Positions 13,400 through 29,500 of a DNA stretch of 64,000 bases are shown here, piece after piece. Location: the NCBI GenBank assembly GCA_964016885.1, contig OZ024743.1:81530001-81594000 (forward strand), written 5' to 3'. The translations under genes were made by a program, and so were the position numbers. The first letter of the stretch is position 1. The number at the start of each line of letters is the position of its first letter. The stretch comes from Eledone cirrhosa. Taxonomy: Eukaryota. The notes beneath the pieces were generated by a model. It searched no databases and was not told the origin of the DNA. It worked only from the letters and a program-made list of their open reading frames with translations.

Positions 13400-13419
13400 G
13401 TGAGAGAGAGAGAGAGAGT

Positions 13420-13512
<93 letters not shown>

Positions 13513-13540
13513 AGAGAGAGAGAGAGAGTGAGTGAGAGAG
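13250..13540. repeat. (AG)n microsatellite
   Basis: Direct reading. Confidence 0.95.
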
Positions 13541-13641
13541 ACTGGCAATATTCCTTCGTGTTGTTGAACATCTAAGGAATGTAATATTCCAATCTTAGAT
13601 AATATGATGAACACTCGTCTTTTAGGTATGTAATATATATA

Positions 13642-13685
<44 letters not shown>

Positions 13686-13764
13686 AGTGTGTATGTGTGT
13701 GTATGTGTGTGTCAGAGTGTGAATGAGTGTGTATGTGTGTGTATGTGTGTGGATATACATATAT

Positions 13765-13870
13765 AACCGGTTGAATGTTAAATTGTTCTTTCGTCACACA
13801 TCCTGTGACATTCTCAATGATTATTCTTTCTCCACTTTGCCTCCTCAATTAGACAACCAACCGGTTATTA
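13765..13870 (-). mobile_element. PLE pLTR fragment with degenerate HHR
   Basis: GTTCTTTCGTCACACA..TGTGAC matches the 26212-26256 family; bounded by short inverted repeats TAACCGGTTG/CAACCGGTTA. Confidence 0.55.
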
Positions 13871-14036
13871 AAGTATCATATTAATGTATATATATATATG
13901 CATATATATATATGTTTGTGTGTGATTGTGTGTGTGTGTATGTGTGTGTGTGATTGTGTGTGTGTGTGTGTGTATGTGTGTGTGCGTGTATTTGTGTATT
14001 GCTTTCATCAGCATTTTCTCGACTTGACATGTTATT

Positions 14037-14051
14037 CACATACATACATAG

Positions 14052-14084
<33 letters not shown>

Positions 14085-14290
14085 CATACACACATACATA
14101 CGTACATACATACATACATACATACATACATACATACATACATACACACATACATACATACATACACACATACATACACACATACATACATACATATATA
14201 CATACACACATACATACGTACATACATACATACATACATACATACATACATACATACATACATACATACATACATACATACATACATAGA
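14037..14290. repeat. (TACA)n microsatellite
   Basis: Direct reading. Confidence 0.95.
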
Positions 14291-14449
14291 TGAATGCATA
14301 TATATAAGCATACATACGCACAAACACAAAGATAAATGCATACATACATATGTACGTAGATTAGATACTTACATACATACAAACATACATGCATTTTTGC
14401 GTAGGTTGATGGATATATAGGTCCATACATACATACATAGTACACACAC

Positions 14450-14534
<85 letters not shown>

Positions 14535-14694
14535 GCGTATATATTATAACCTACGGCTATATTCAGTAAGTAAAGCAACATATTTCTTTTAATATCACAT
14601 TTTGGTTTTTAGCTCTTAAACCTTGTTCCGTTTTAGCTGACTTTAATTAAGATGGATCATTAAATATTTAAGTTAATTAAATTCACTACATTTT

Positions 14695-15208
14695 ACCACC
14701 ACCAGCAGCAGCAGCAGCAGTAGTACCGCCATCAACAGCACCAATTAATAGACGACCACCACCACTACAACAACACCACCACCACCACTGCCACCATCAC
14801 CACCACCACCACCATCACCATCATCACCAGCAAAACCACCACCACCTCCGGCAGCAGCAGCAGCAGCAGCAAAACCACCACCACCTCCACTGCCACCACC
14901 ACCACCATCACCATCACCATCACCACCGCCACCTCTTCCACCACCACTACCACCACCACCACCACCACCACCTCTCCCACCACCATCACCACCACCATCA
15001 CCACTACCACCACCGCCACCACCACCACCATCACCACCATCACCACCACCTCTTCCACCACCACCACCACCACCTCTCCCACACCATCACCACCACTATC
15101 ACCACCACTACCACCACCACCATCATCACCACCACCACCACCACCACCACCATCACCACCACCACCGCCACCACTACAAAACCACCACCACTGCCACCAC
15201 CACCTCCA
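14695..15208. repeat. (CAC/CAT)n degenerate trinucleotide repeat
   Basis: Direct reading. Confidence 0.9.
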
Positions 15209-15830
15209 GCCGTGAACATGTCACCCAGGTAGCAGAAAAATGGCTCCACTTGCAGCTTGTCCTCACCAACAGGTATGTCTTTGAAAGGCCGACCGTCAAT
15301 TGGCTTACTGTTCCACGGCACCTCTTGCATCTGGAGTCGTCCCTGTACACTTGTCAGTCTGTTATACCCCGCCTTCTCTTGTGTACCCGCATAGAAACCC
15401 CCTCAGAAAACCGTGCCTCAATCCGAGCCCTTGAAATAAAGAGCACATGTGTCCCCGCCTGATTTCCGGAGAGGGTCCTGGACAGAGCCAGAGATCAGAA
15501 CCTTGGGCTTGCCGAAGTTGATATATAGTCCTCTGCTCTCCATTCCATCTTTCCAGCGCTCCAGTTTCTCGAGCACTCGCTCCATGCTTCCTACAATGAT
15601 AACGAGGATATCAGCGTACCAGGCTTCCCAAGGGCAGCCTGGTGGAATTCTCGAGACAGGGCTTCCAAGGCGAATATGAAGAGCAGTGGACTGAGACAAG
15701 GGCCCTGATATACACCGACATTGACTTCAAACTCTTCACTCAGGCTACTTCAGACCCGACCTGAACTGCAGGCATTCTGGTACATCTTCTGAACGAAGCT
15801 TATCAGCCAAACCTCCACACCGAGCTTCCT
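15209..15830 (-). mobile_element. RTE-like LINE RT fragment
   Basis: YADILVI..LERWKDGMESRGLYINFGKPK and FCYLGDM motifs; frameshifted. Confidence 0.75.
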
Positions 15831-15854
15831 CATGGGCCACTATATATATAGGTT

Positions 15855-15921
<67 letters not shown>

Positions 15922-16018
15922 AAAAAAATAGACATTTACAGGGTGTCCCAAAAAGTGTATACACACTTCAACAGTATTCTAATAAATATTGCCTCTACAG
16001 GTAATCAAAGGGGACCAT

Positions 16019-16052
<34 letters not shown>

Positions 16053-16169
16053 TATAAGAACAGTTTAAAGTTTAACGGGATCCTCTGCAGTTACAGAAGA
16101 TCCCGTAAAAGCGATTCTTTGCTTACACTTTAATCTGTTGTAATAAATATATTTTATATATATATATAT

Positions 16170-16735
16170 TATGTAAATTCTTTAACTAAATCTCACAACT
16201 GCAAACCTAAACCTTATTTTTCTAATTTCATCTTAAATGGTCTTCTAACTCTAAACATAAATTTAACGTTTCTAATTGGTAATCGTAATTTCTGTCCATA
16301 CATTATACCATGCAGACGCCCACTATATATTACTATATAGAGATTTGTTAAAGATATATGTTCTTTGACATTTTTCGCGGCACTTTCTAGCACGCATGAC
16401 CAGCTTGATTGTGACCTAACCTCAACGCTGGCCTATGTCTTTGGCGGGGTGGTAGTAGTACACTATAAACCTACACCCCTTCACCAGATGGACATAAGTA
16501 GACTTAATAATCACCACTTGAGGGCGGCCGACTGGGGTAGAAGCTGCTAAATGTTCGGTCGCCCTCATGTCTCTGATTTTCAGCCCCATGGATTTTGTCT
16601 ATTATATTCCTTTGTTATATTTCGAATACCTGATGATGTCACCGGATTCATACTGAACCCGATCATTGAAATGATCATAGTATAATGAGCCTTTTAAGGA
16701 ATTACACCAGTCCAGCCTCCTGTTATTTTATAATA
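16170..16735 (+). mobile_element. Solo PLE pLTR, same family as 47503-49016
   Basis: 16368-16730 is homologous to 48493-48865; (TA)n flanks. Confidence 0.7.
16626..16683 (+). ncRNA. Type I hammerhead ribozyme motif
   Basis: ATAC-CTGATGA-stem II-GAAA-TGATCA-TA-GTAT; palindromic stem III. Confidence 0.75.
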
Positions 16736-17403
16736 TATATATATACACACACACAGAGACAGGCAGATAGACAGATAGAGAGAAAGAGAGAGAGAGAGAG
16801 AGAGAACCAGTGGTTAAGCTCATAACCATTCTCAATATGATATCATTATGTAACAGTTTGCTTCATTTCCCTTGGTTACTGGATCATTAGACGAATTAAA
16901 TTCACCTTCGATTTAAATTAGTCGCATTCAATGAATATCACGGTTTATGTCTGCAATTCATGTAACAGATTACACACACACACACACATACACACACACA
17001 CACACACACACATAATATAGATATAGATACATATATGTGTGTATGTGTGTGTGTGTGTGTAAGAAAGAGTGAGTTCCCGACAGCTGAGCTCTTGCTGTAT
17101 CGACATCTAGTTCCAGACTGTTGACAAATGACTTGAAGTGCAGGGGCATAGCTTAGGTGATTGACGTGTCGGTAAAATAATAGATTGTCCTTATAGGGGT
17201 ATAAGCTGTCCATATATATAAAACCTAGGAATATATATATAAGCAAGAGAGAGAGGGTGAGAGAGAGAAAGCACCATATATCCTTTGAGAAAACATAATA
17301 TTCATATAGGAAGGATCGATTGACTTTCGTCAAATCGAACCGAGGAAACAATGTTTCCGTTGGTCTTTCCAGCTGCTAATACTATCTATCGGTCGCAACT
17401 CCA

Positions 17404-17490
17404 GGTAGAAGGAGCAACGTGAAATAAAGTATCTTGCTCAAGGACATAACGCATCGCCGGGTCCAGGAATCGATCTCACAACCTTACGAA
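17404..17490 (-). mobile_element. tRNA-derived SINE, second family
   Basis: Minus strand TCGATTCC B-box then GTGTCCTTGAGCAAGATAC-like body; relatives at 34547-34628(+) and 63718-63792(+). Confidence 0.6.
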
Positions 17491-18197
17491 TGAACATAAT
17501 GTTCAGGAAATGTACATAATTGAAAGTGGATAAAGCCATTATTTTCTTTACGGTGCCGTTTCATAATTCAAAGACCGGAGCAAAACAATCGATCTCAGTA
17601 ATCAATTATCGATTACCAACTATCGATTTTGGTAAAGCTACAGAAGACGAGAACTAATCCTCAGAGGAATTGCCTTCAAATATGTCCTACACTGTACAAA
17701 ATAGTTTTATATCTGTCGTGATTTGAGAATTAGTTAAAACCCTGCAACGCATAGTGTGAAGAAAAGTTTCAACTGACAGGTCACCATATCGACTAGAAAG
17801 ATTTGTGATGTACTAGTCACAGTTTAAGCAAGTAATAAATAAATTTGGTGCAGTTATATACTATGTTAAGGTATCAGAACATATATGACATGTGTGATGA
17901 TTATGTTTATTAATAAAAGAGTTCAATGGATCTTGGCCCAGAACATCAATAATTCAGATGCTTTGGACCAAGGTTTATTGAGCTTTCTCTTGCAATTTTG
18001 ATTAATGGAGGTAAGGTTGCTTGTCTCAGGCTCCACCCCACCCCCTTTCTTAATTTAAATATTAATCTATGGTAAAATAAGGAACGAGCTCAGGTGAGAT
18101 GTCCCGACTTTTTATAATATAGCCACACCCTAATACCCCAATTATTGAGTACTCTGTTGAGGAATGGTCTAACTAGGTTTAAACTGTTTCTATCCTG

Positions 18198-18275
<78 letters not shown>

Positions 18276-19063
18276 GAGAGAGAAGAGAGTCCCGGGTTCA
18301 ATCAGGGGCAACCACAGTAAGGTACTCAAAACATTAGTACAGTGTATGAATGAACCAGTTCTGTCGCCCCACGGTCAACCAGAATACGGGGAAAGCTTCT
18401 ATTTCTAATTTCAAACTCGCTCGCTGTTTCAAAACATACTTACTATGTATATATATATATATATGTAGTGTGTGTCTATACACCTATATATATACAAATA
18501 TTCAATCGGTTGGTGACATATCCATGTTTATGTCAGGGTAGAAAGTAAATTTAAATAGATTTAAAATGTTAGTGAGTAAGGGAAGTTGCCTGGCAGAGTA
18601 GGGTAGGGTCTGAGTAATTAAAATACATGTTGTAAGTCTAATTATTTTATGTGAGAGTTTATAGTTTACTAGAGTGGGTTGTAAAGACACACTGACGTGT
18701 GTTAGGTAACTATTGGTATCGATAGGTCTTGGGAAAGTGGCAGGAACTAAAAGATATTTCAGTGTTTTGAATATTGGGTTGAAATGGTGGCAGTGATGTG
18801 TAGAGGGGATTAGAAACACATACTTGTTTGGCCTGTAGTTTGATTAACAGTTTAATTATAGCAATGGGTAGGGTTTGGGCAATATAGGTGTCAGGTTGTG
18901 GGGTGGTAAAGTCTGGAGAAGAGTAGGGTTGCTAGGAATTGGGTGAAGGGAGAGAACTGGTATGCAGGAAATGGTTGTTAATCCGAAAACCGTGTTTCTT
19001 AGTGAGAGTATAGGTGACGGATATAGACACACACACAGACATATATATATATATATATATATT

Positions 19064-20370
<1,307 letters not shown>

Positions 20371-21006
20371 ATTTATGTACATGATGATTGCTTCATCTTG
20401 TCAGATTATATCCATTTCAATATCGTCTCAATCATTCCTGCATGTCAACACCCTCCAATGCGCAGGTGAGGAATTTTCAATCCAACTATAAAAGGTAAAA
20501 CCAAGACCCCACACTCGGGCACAGACAACATAGGACACATCAGCACAGGTGACTGGGGAACCACCACTGCACACCTCTATACTACACCTCCTAAGGTAAC
20601 TAAACTACTGAAGTAGAGGTAATGCAGTGGTGGCCCAACATGTATATGTTGTCTAGAGGCCTGACCTACATTGACTGGAGATATAGAATACCAGATGATA
20701 AGGTGGCAAAGAAACATATGTCCCTCGTGGATTATAGTGACAACTGCTTTTACACACTTGTAAGTGTCAGTGATTATCATCTGATGACAAACCTGTGCAT
20801 GGTGAGCAGAACAAAATAGAGTTTGGGGGAAATAGCATCGTTGAGTATGTAAAATGTGTCTATAAATATGAGTGAATACGTGGGACATAACAGTTAGGGT
20901 GTTCGGCTGTGGCTAAAGAATTACTTCAGTTGAACCCGTAATATAAAGAGCAGGCCTGTCGTATATTGCCCCACACTGAATATATATTATATATATATAT
21001 ATATAT

Positions 21007-21265
21007 ACGATATTAATAAATGGAAACTATATTTATAAAACCATATTTATTTCATTATACATATTTCAGGGATACCACATTAAATTATGGTATGCCTTCA
21101 TCAGACAAAATACAATATATAACAGTTTTACAAATAGCTTTGACGTACCCTTTTAAAATGTAACCATTACAATTGTATCGTATATCTACTCCAAAAACTT
21201 GTCGAGTGCTTTATATAAGTTATAAAAATATTTACTTGTTGTATCCCAACAACTTTAAATAGAAC
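21007..21265 (-). mobile_element. Solo pLTR with HHR at 21048-21113
   Basis: Homologous to the arms of 42736-43252; minus strand CTGATGA-AGGCATACCA..TGGTATCCCT-GAAA-TATGTA-TA. Confidence 0.7.
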
Positions 21266-21268
21266 TTT

Positions 21269-21307
<39 letters not shown>

Positions 21308-21848
21308 CATTAATAAAAATGCTGATGTTACATGAATCGGTTATTCATTATGATTATTTCAACGGTTCTTCCATGCAATGAAGATCTAATTCCTGCATTT
21401 GATGTTGTTATGAGAACGGTATCCTCAGATGAAATTCGATTTTGGTGATATGCCCCGGCAGGAAGAATACGTCCTTTTGCTCGTGCGTCCCAATACAAAC
21501 AGTACATGAAGATATTTGGTTCTCCGTTACGAGCCTCCTATTCCCCGCAGTAATCTCATTAATTCGTCGAAACTGCTGGAGGTTGGGATCTGACGAGCAT
21601 ATATTAATGTCTGTGACCTTTTGGCTGTCATCCATTCTTTCCCTCCCTCCTATCTTCTCTTCCTTCCAGTTAACTCACATCTAGCCACTGATCTCTGTCC
21701 TTCCAGCTTATATTTATATTTATTTTACCCAGCGTCACTTCGATGGTATTTTTCTGTTCTAACAGCTTCCATACGCCTAGTTCTCCCATTTTACTGAGAT
21801 TCCTATAAACATGTGTTTCAAAACTCTACTTTCGAGTTACATTTGTTT

Positions 21849-21913
<65 letters not shown>

Positions 21914-21959
21914 TGTATCTACAAACATACACACACACACATCCACACATATATGTATG

Positions 21960-22020
<61 letters not shown>

Positions 22021-22422
22021 CATATATGGGTAGAATTTGTAAGAGTTTAACGTATATAGGTGTGTATATATACACATCGATCTATATAACACTGTTGACA
22101 TGCATGGATGTTTACCGCCTCCTGATCAAAGGATATTTCATTTTATTCCGTCTAATTATAGATTTATGAAGATAGATATTCCTCTGTAGATATCTCATCT
22201 ATTTAGTTACCCCCCACCCCCCACCCCATCTATATTTATCGATCTAGCTTTTACTTATAAATATGTATATACGAGTGCTGTGCCTGGTTTCACGCACATA
22301 AACAAACACACATACACACACACTCTCCCTCACACATACCTACCCACACACACATTTATATATATATATACATATGTATCCATGTACACATACACACACA
22401 CACATACGCATACACTCTCCCT

Positions 22423-22455
<33 letters not shown>

Positions 22456-22609
22456 TTATAAATATATATGTATGTGTATGTGTGTGTCTACATGAATACA
22501 TATGTATATATATGTGTGTGTGTGTGTGTGTGGATAGTTAAAAGATTAACAAGAAAGGTACATACATACAGGAATATACACCTAAATACGCAGACACGCG
22601 CACGCGTTA

Positions 22610-23280
22610 CGTATGTGTGTGTGTGTGTGTGTGTGTGAGTGTGTGTGTGTGAGTGTGTGTGTGAGAGAGAGAGTGTGTGAGTGTGTGAGTGTGTGAGTGT
22701 GTGTGTGTGTGAGAGTATGTGTGTGTGTGTGTGAGAGAGAGTATGTGTGTGTGAGAGAGAGTGTGTGAGTGTGTGTGTGTGTGTGTGAGAGTATGAGTGT
22801 GTGTGTGTGTGTGTGAGAGTGTGTGAGAGTGTGTGAGTCTGTGTGTGTGTGAGAGAGTATGTGTGTGTGTGTGTGAGAGTGTGTGAGTGTGTGTGTGTGT
22901 ATGAGAGAGAGTATGTGTGTGTGTGAGAGAGTGTGTGAGTGTGTGTGTGAGAGTGTGTGTGTGTGTTTGAATATGTGTGTGTGTGTGTGTGAGAGTGTAT
23001 GAGTGTGTGTATGTGTGAGAGTGTGTGTGTGTGTGAGAGTGCGTGTGTGTGTGTGTGAGAGCGTGTGAGTGTGTGTGTGAGAGTGTGTGAGAGTGTGTGA
23101 GTTGGTGTGTGTGTGTGTGAGTGTGTGTGTTTGTATGTGTGTGTGTGTGTTTGTGTGTGTTTGTGTGTGTGGTTGAGTGTGTGAGTGTATGTGTGTGAGA
23201 GAGTATGTGTGTGTGTGTGTGTGTGTGTGTTTTATGTGTGTGTGTGTGTTTTATGTGTGTGTGTGTGTGTGTGTATGTAT
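22610..23280. repeat. (GT)n/(GAGT)n compound microsatellite
   Basis: Direct reading. Confidence 0.95.
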
Positions 23281-23472
23281 TTAACTCCACCTATATGAAT
23301 TTAGATAAACATAAATAATTCCAAATGTTTATGTAAGCATTAGCAATATGAATTGTAAATTCCCATAAATCTCGCTATTATATACACACATATATACAGT
23401 ATATACACGCACACATGTGTACATATGTAAACAAACATACATGCATACAAAAACCATACAGCTCCCCCCCCC

Positions 23473-23518
<46 letters not shown>

Positions 23519-23668
23519 TAATACGATGCCAATTATTGGTGTACATTCTGAGTACATATACAATAATCCACAGACAATAGTTGGCTGCAAGTTTTCTAAT
23601 TAAATTAATTAGTAATTCTGAATTATCAGTAATTATGTGACTCATAATGTCATTTACATAAATACACA

Positions 23669-23940
23669 GTGGTGGTGGTGGTAGTGGTGGTGGTGGTGTA
23701 GGTGGTGGTGTTGGTGGTGGTGGTGGTGGTGGTGGTGGTGGTGGCGGTGTTGGTGGTGGTGGTGGCGGTGTTGGTGGTGGTACGGAGTCGATAAGGTACT
23801 AGTAATGCACTGGTGTCGGTGTTGGTGGTGGTGGAGGTGGTGGTGGCGCTGGTGGTGGCGCTGGTGGTGGTTGTGGTGTTGGTGGTGGCGGTGGTGGTGG
23901 TGGTGGTGGCGGTGGTGGAGGTGGTGGTGTTGGTGGTGGT
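23669..23940. repeat. (GGT)n tract with duplicated SINE fragment
   Basis: TACGG.GTCGATAAG.TACTAGTAATGCACTGGTGTCG at 23781 and 23940. Confidence 0.85.
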
Positions 23941-24521
23941 ACGGGGTCGATAAGATACTAGTAATGCACTGGTGTCGATTTAATCGATTTTCTCCTTCAA
24001 ATTGCTGGCCTTGTGCCTAAAGTAGACATAATTATTATCATTGTTGTTTTCGTCCGCCATCTTCTCATTATTATTTTTATTATCCTCATCAACGTCATCA
24101 TCATCAACATCATCATATGTATATATACAACGTCTACTACATATGTTTTCTCATGTTCATGTAAACTTCCTGTTGTAACTTGTGCTCTCTTCTACCCTGG
24201 GGCAAATAAAAGAAATTATTTTTATTATTATTATTGGTGCTGTTTTTTTTTTGTTATTGTTTTCCCAAATTGTCCACGTGACTAATACCAGTTTCAGCTG
24301 TGTTGTATTTTCTCTTAGTAGCAATATTCTCTCGGATGATATCACTGATTATAATGTAGTTATTATATATATATTTATACACACACAAACATATATACAT
24401 ATATATATGTGTATAAATATACATATATATATGTTAACTACTTTTCCCATCTTGACGTTATAGTCGCATATATGTTATAGAATGCCGTTAGCTTCTTGCT
24501 AAAACAATCTCTATACCTCTC

Positions 24522-24589
<68 letters not shown>

Positions 24590-24636
24590 ACATATATATA
24601 TGTATAAATATATATACTTACTAACACACACACACA

Positions 24637-24685
<49 letters not shown>

Positions 24686-24689
<4 letters not shown>

Positions 24690-24772
24690 TGTTATACTTG
24701 GGGAGGGTCATATTGTTGTAATAATATTTGTTTCGACACAGGATTTCATTTCAAAAACCTTGCAAAAGAAAT
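24686..24772. mobile_element. Collapsed remnant of an inverted PLE (55430-58110 family)
   Basis: First ~40 bp match 55430-55470 and are fused to sequence resembling the tail 58067-58110. Confidence 0.7.
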
Positions 24773-25231
24773 ATATATATATGTATATATATATATTGGA
24801 GTGTGTGTATGTGTCTATGTGTATATGTGTATGTATTTGTGCATGAGTGTATGTGTTAGAGTGTGAGCTATGGGAGTTTCTCCAATTCTTGTATTCCAAA
24901 GTTTCTGTTGTTCCATTTCAGCAAGGCTGTATAACTGTGATGAAAACACTTGGTCCTGTCTTTTTTTGTTTTTTTTGCTTTACATGTTTTGTTGCAATCC
25001 AATGATGTGTACTGGAAAGAATGGTATCAACCAGAAGGAACTGAAACTGTAGTGATTTCCGAAGGTTGACTGAGGAGAGTGATTGTCTGTTTTTCCGTTA
25101 CTTTTGTCCTGCATGCCCTCTATTTTGGATATATGGTGCTGGCATAATTAAAGTTTATTTAAGTGAGTGAGAAAACGGTCTAAGATATAACGGTTCCCCC
25201 AATGATTTCATTTCAATACATATATATATAT

Positions 25232-25380
25232 TCCAATTCCAACCGCCCCACCTCTCAATCTATCTTATTTCGCATTATAGCTTCTGATGAAGACTAGCGT
25301 CCGAAACGTTAAGACCGTCTTCCTGCTATATCAAGCGTTAACCTAATATATCCCTTCCATATACTGTACCGATTGTGTTG
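25232..25380 (+). mobile_element. pLTR-like repeat with HHR-like motif at 25281-25314
   Basis: CTGATGA-AGAC tagc GTCC-GAAACG; reverse-complement homolog at 62507-62658. Confidence 0.6.
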
Positions 25381-26024
25381 TTATTTATGTTTACCTTTTA
25401 CATACATACATACATATATATATATATACAAGTGGAAGCTTAGTAAAATCGAAGCTTTGGCTGTGGGCAAGCAAAGTCGACCTACAATAGGAATGAGTAA
25501 GCAAAGAACTCAATAATCCTTGGAGTAATAACATACGTTTAAATAGCTTGACAAATTGAACATTGCGCCAGGCAAAACCCAACCACACAATACCAAAGTA
25601 ACGAAGGAACTAACAGGTTAAAAAGATACACCTAGACAAATCAAACGATATACGTTTAAAGTGTTTCTATAAAATCGAAATCAGTTATCCAACTTACGTA
25701 ACAGACACGCTCGTGGTATTCCATGATCGAACAGAGGATTCATTTCATCAACAGGGATTCCGTTCTGCCATAAATCGGAGTGGACAAGCTAAATGCGGCT
25801 GCTAGCCTCGTTTAAATGATTTTTTATGTGGTTAATTTATACTGATTGGGTGAGGAAATACTGTATATATGTTATCTAATGATTCTTTGGACTTACATTT
25901 ATATATATAGCTCTGATTAATAATTATTTAATTAATTCTTCATTGAGCCACACCGTGAATGGTTGCCAAACTCATATATGTATCTGTGACTATGTCTAAT
26001 TATATATATACACCCTTTGATACA

Positions 26025-26060
<36 letters not shown>

Positions 26061-26211
26061 ATACTTTGGGAGGGTCATGTTGCCAATAAGAAACACACGC
26101 ACCAGTTGCTTTCACTTCAATTTAATTTAATATATATTTATAAATTTACAAATTTATAAATTTCTGGTTGGTTGGTTGGTTCCACAACCAGATAGTTGTT
26201 TATATATATAT

Positions 26212-26256
26212 AGTCATAGTTCTTTCGTCACACACTCTGTGACCTCTTCAGTGACT
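26212..26256 (-). ncRNA. Type I hammerhead ribozyme in PLE pLTR
   Basis: Exact mirror of 32535-32579. Confidence 0.75.
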
Positions 26257-26552
26257 GGGGATTTCTTTCTTCGTTTCTGTGCCTTTCCTTTCTTCTATCC
26301 TACGCCATTTTGTTTGTGTGTGGGTTGCGTGCTCAGTTTGCGCATGCGCCACATCCGGGTGTCTGTGTGTGTTTGTGTTCATTTTTCTATTTTTCTATTT
26401 ATATTTGTTTGTTTATTTATTTATTTATTGTTGGTTGGTTGTTTGTTCTATGTGTGTGTGTGTTTTCATTTTGTCTTGTGTGTGTTTTCATTTTGTGTGT
26501 GTTTTCAATTGTAAGTTGTTTATATATGTGTGTGTGTGTTTTCATTTTGTCC

Positions 26553-29500
26553 TTAATTGTAAGTTGTGATGTTGCTGTTCCACTCATATTTTCTATTTAA
26601 TTTTGGTTTTAATTCTTTTATGCTTACTGCCTCTGTAATTTGCCTAAACATTGCGTCTTTCTTGTGTGTGGATTCTATTTTTATTTCTATGCTCTCTAAT
26701 TTACCCCTGTGTTCTATCTTAGCATGTTGGTAGAGCACAGATGATTCTTTACTATCTTGGAGGTCTCGCCAGTGTTCATTTATTCGTTCCCCTATACTAC
26801 GAGCTGTCTCACCTATGTACACTATATTTTTGTTTCTACATTATCCCTCAGTACATCTTATGCTATATACTACATTTCTAGTTTTACAGTTAATATGGGG
26901 GCTTATTTTACAGGTTATACATTTCTTATCTATACATGAGGGTCTTTGGAACGGGTATGTCTTGCTAATAAGTGTTTTTACGGAGGTACCAGGTCTTTCT
27001 ACTATCTTAATATTGAGATTATGTTTCTTTAGGGCCCTTCTAAATTTGTAGGCTAGTTCACCTCTAGGGGTTGTATTGATGAACATTACACTCTGGTATT
27101 TATTGCTATCATACCATGAGTTTATTCTATTGGCCTTGTTCTTAGTTCTTTCTATTCTATTCCAAAATTTGCTCCTATACAAGGGGCAGGTCCCATTTAT
27201 GTCATTATTTACCATTTTTTCCCATTTGGTTCTGGCTCCTTTATACACTCTGATTCTATCTCTCTGATTGTAGCCAGAGAATTGCATACGGTGGATGAAG
27301 TGTTGTATGTGTCTCTCTAGTTCTTCGGGGTTGCACATGCGGGACACATTTCTCATCACCCGTATCAAATCCGCAATCAGTATGTTGATTTTGGTATGGT
27401 CCGAAATGGCCGAGTTTCGGTGGATCAGATGTTTGGAAGTCATGGGTTTGGCATAATGGGAATGGAGGATTTGTTTTTGGTTGTTAATAGTATCTAACCA
27501 GAGCTCTGTGTCTAGTACAGGTAATCGATGGTTGGGGTGTCTACTTGGGTAGTCTATAGTAACTCTAATGCTCTGGTGGATGGAGTTTGCTATTTGCTGG
27601 ATGCTTTCCATTGTGTTTTTCTCAGGTTCCTGACTGTTCTTTAGTGGGGGTGTCTTAACTACGATGTTTATATCATCTACGTAGCGGGAGTACATTATCA
27701 GGGTTAATCTGTCTTCTAATTGTTCTTTAAGTTTTTGTTTAAGTCTACTGTCCCACCATACCATGAACAAGTTAGCTATGTCGCCTGCAATGCTAACACC
27801 AATGGCTGCTCCTTCCTCTTGGGCATATGTTTTACCATTAAATTTGAACATATGTTCCTTAAGGGTTAATTTTATGCTGGCCCCTACCGCATGTGCAATC
27901 ATTTTCTTCAGTTCATCGTGGTTTTCGGGTGTCCGTATGGCTCTGGTCCACCCGTTCCATCTATCTGTGTGGGTTTTCTTGGCCATTGAGGTAATGGTAG
28001 GTGGTCTGCCTCTTGCTGGTCTTGTAGGGCACAGGTTGCTAAGGTCATAAGTGTCTAGGTAACTATTACTATGGGTAAGCTTAAGTAGAAGTCCCAGCTC
28101 ACTGGTATCAATCCCACGGAACTCAACCTTGCTCTCGCTGATCATTTCGACGCATTTCTCCACAGCAAAATCCACGTCAATAGATGGATACAGGGACACA
28201 ACATCCATACTGCCTATTATGCAGTTTGTTAGGTCCCCAGATCGGTTACCCGCGTCGATTCTGCTGAGGAGGTCCTCCGTGCTGTCACACACATCTGGGG
28301 ACATCTCAATGATGGGGCGTATGATCAGGGAGAGGAAGTAGGACAGTCTGTAGTTACTAGCAATGTTAGCCCCACAGACTGGCCGTGTTGGTGGTCCCGC
28401 GACAGGGTCCCAGCCCGTTTTATGGTCTTTTCGAAGCCCATACAACGCCGGCACGTCATTGTTCCAGGCCTGGAAGTTGTTGGCAGTCCTTTTGTTGGGC
28501 TGCATTATATTTGTCCACATCACCATATGGGCATTGAGGGTTTTTTCTCTGTCCTCATGCTCCTGTGGTGTTACCTCTCTTGTGTTAGTGATGTGGGGTT
28601 GCATTGCCTGGATGTAGTTTGGCAGGCTGTCAACCGACATTCTGCCAGACTTGTCTGTTGGAAAGCATGCTATCTCTCCATTACGCGAGCGCTGCATGAG
28701 CTTACGCAAGCCATTTGCAGATTCTTCTCCCAGTTGCTGGGCCTCTATTCTATTATGCTTCTTGCTATACTGTTCTATAATATTTCTAAGTTCGGATTTA
28801 GCTATACTAAATTGTGCTTCTGTTTGTTCATCGACCTGCGACGGCAACTGCGTGCGTTTGTTAAATGGCAAAGTCGTGGCGTGGACTCGTCGTAGGTCGA
28901 ATGATTTATCGGAGGGGTTATAAAACGGAGAGTTCCAGGCTGCTGCTTTATGTGTACTTGCGCTATTGTTAGTTGTGTTGTTTCTATTTCCACCAACAGC
29001 AGCAGCCTCAGCTTCATGGTTGTTTCTATGTCTCTCATAATTACTCCTGTCTCTTTCCACTGGCTCAATGTTGTTATCTACCCTATTTTGTGTGTCTGTG
29101 TGTTCGTCTTGGTTATTCTCTTTGTCCTTAGTCTCCCTACTCCTTTTAATCCTATTACTTTCTCTTATTTCTCTGATTTCTGTGCTACTGTCATTACTTG
29201 TTTTCTGTGTCTGTGTGTTTAAGATTGTAGTGGTGGTGAGAGGCATTGAATGTGTGTGTGTTGTTGTTGTTGATGTGTGTTGTTGTTGATGTGTGTTGTT
29301 GTCTCCGTGTGTGTGTGTGTTATCGTTGTTGTGTGTGTTGTTATTGTTGTTTGTGTTTGCGTGTCTGTTGTTGTTGTATCTGGGTATGTTGCTGTTGTTG
29401 TTGTTGTTGATGTGTGTGTTGTTGTTATTGTTGTCTCCGTGTGTGTTGTTATTGTTGTTTGTGTCTGCGTGTCTGTTGTATCTGGGTATGTTGCTATTGT

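Noticed and set aside
21560-21600. Permuted hammerhead (GAAAC...CTGACGAG)
   Set aside because: The required stems do not pair
26841-26843. Selenocysteine or programmed readthrough in the PLE
   Set aside because: The stop is TAA, not TGA, and the sister arm has CAA; a simple nonsense mutation explains it
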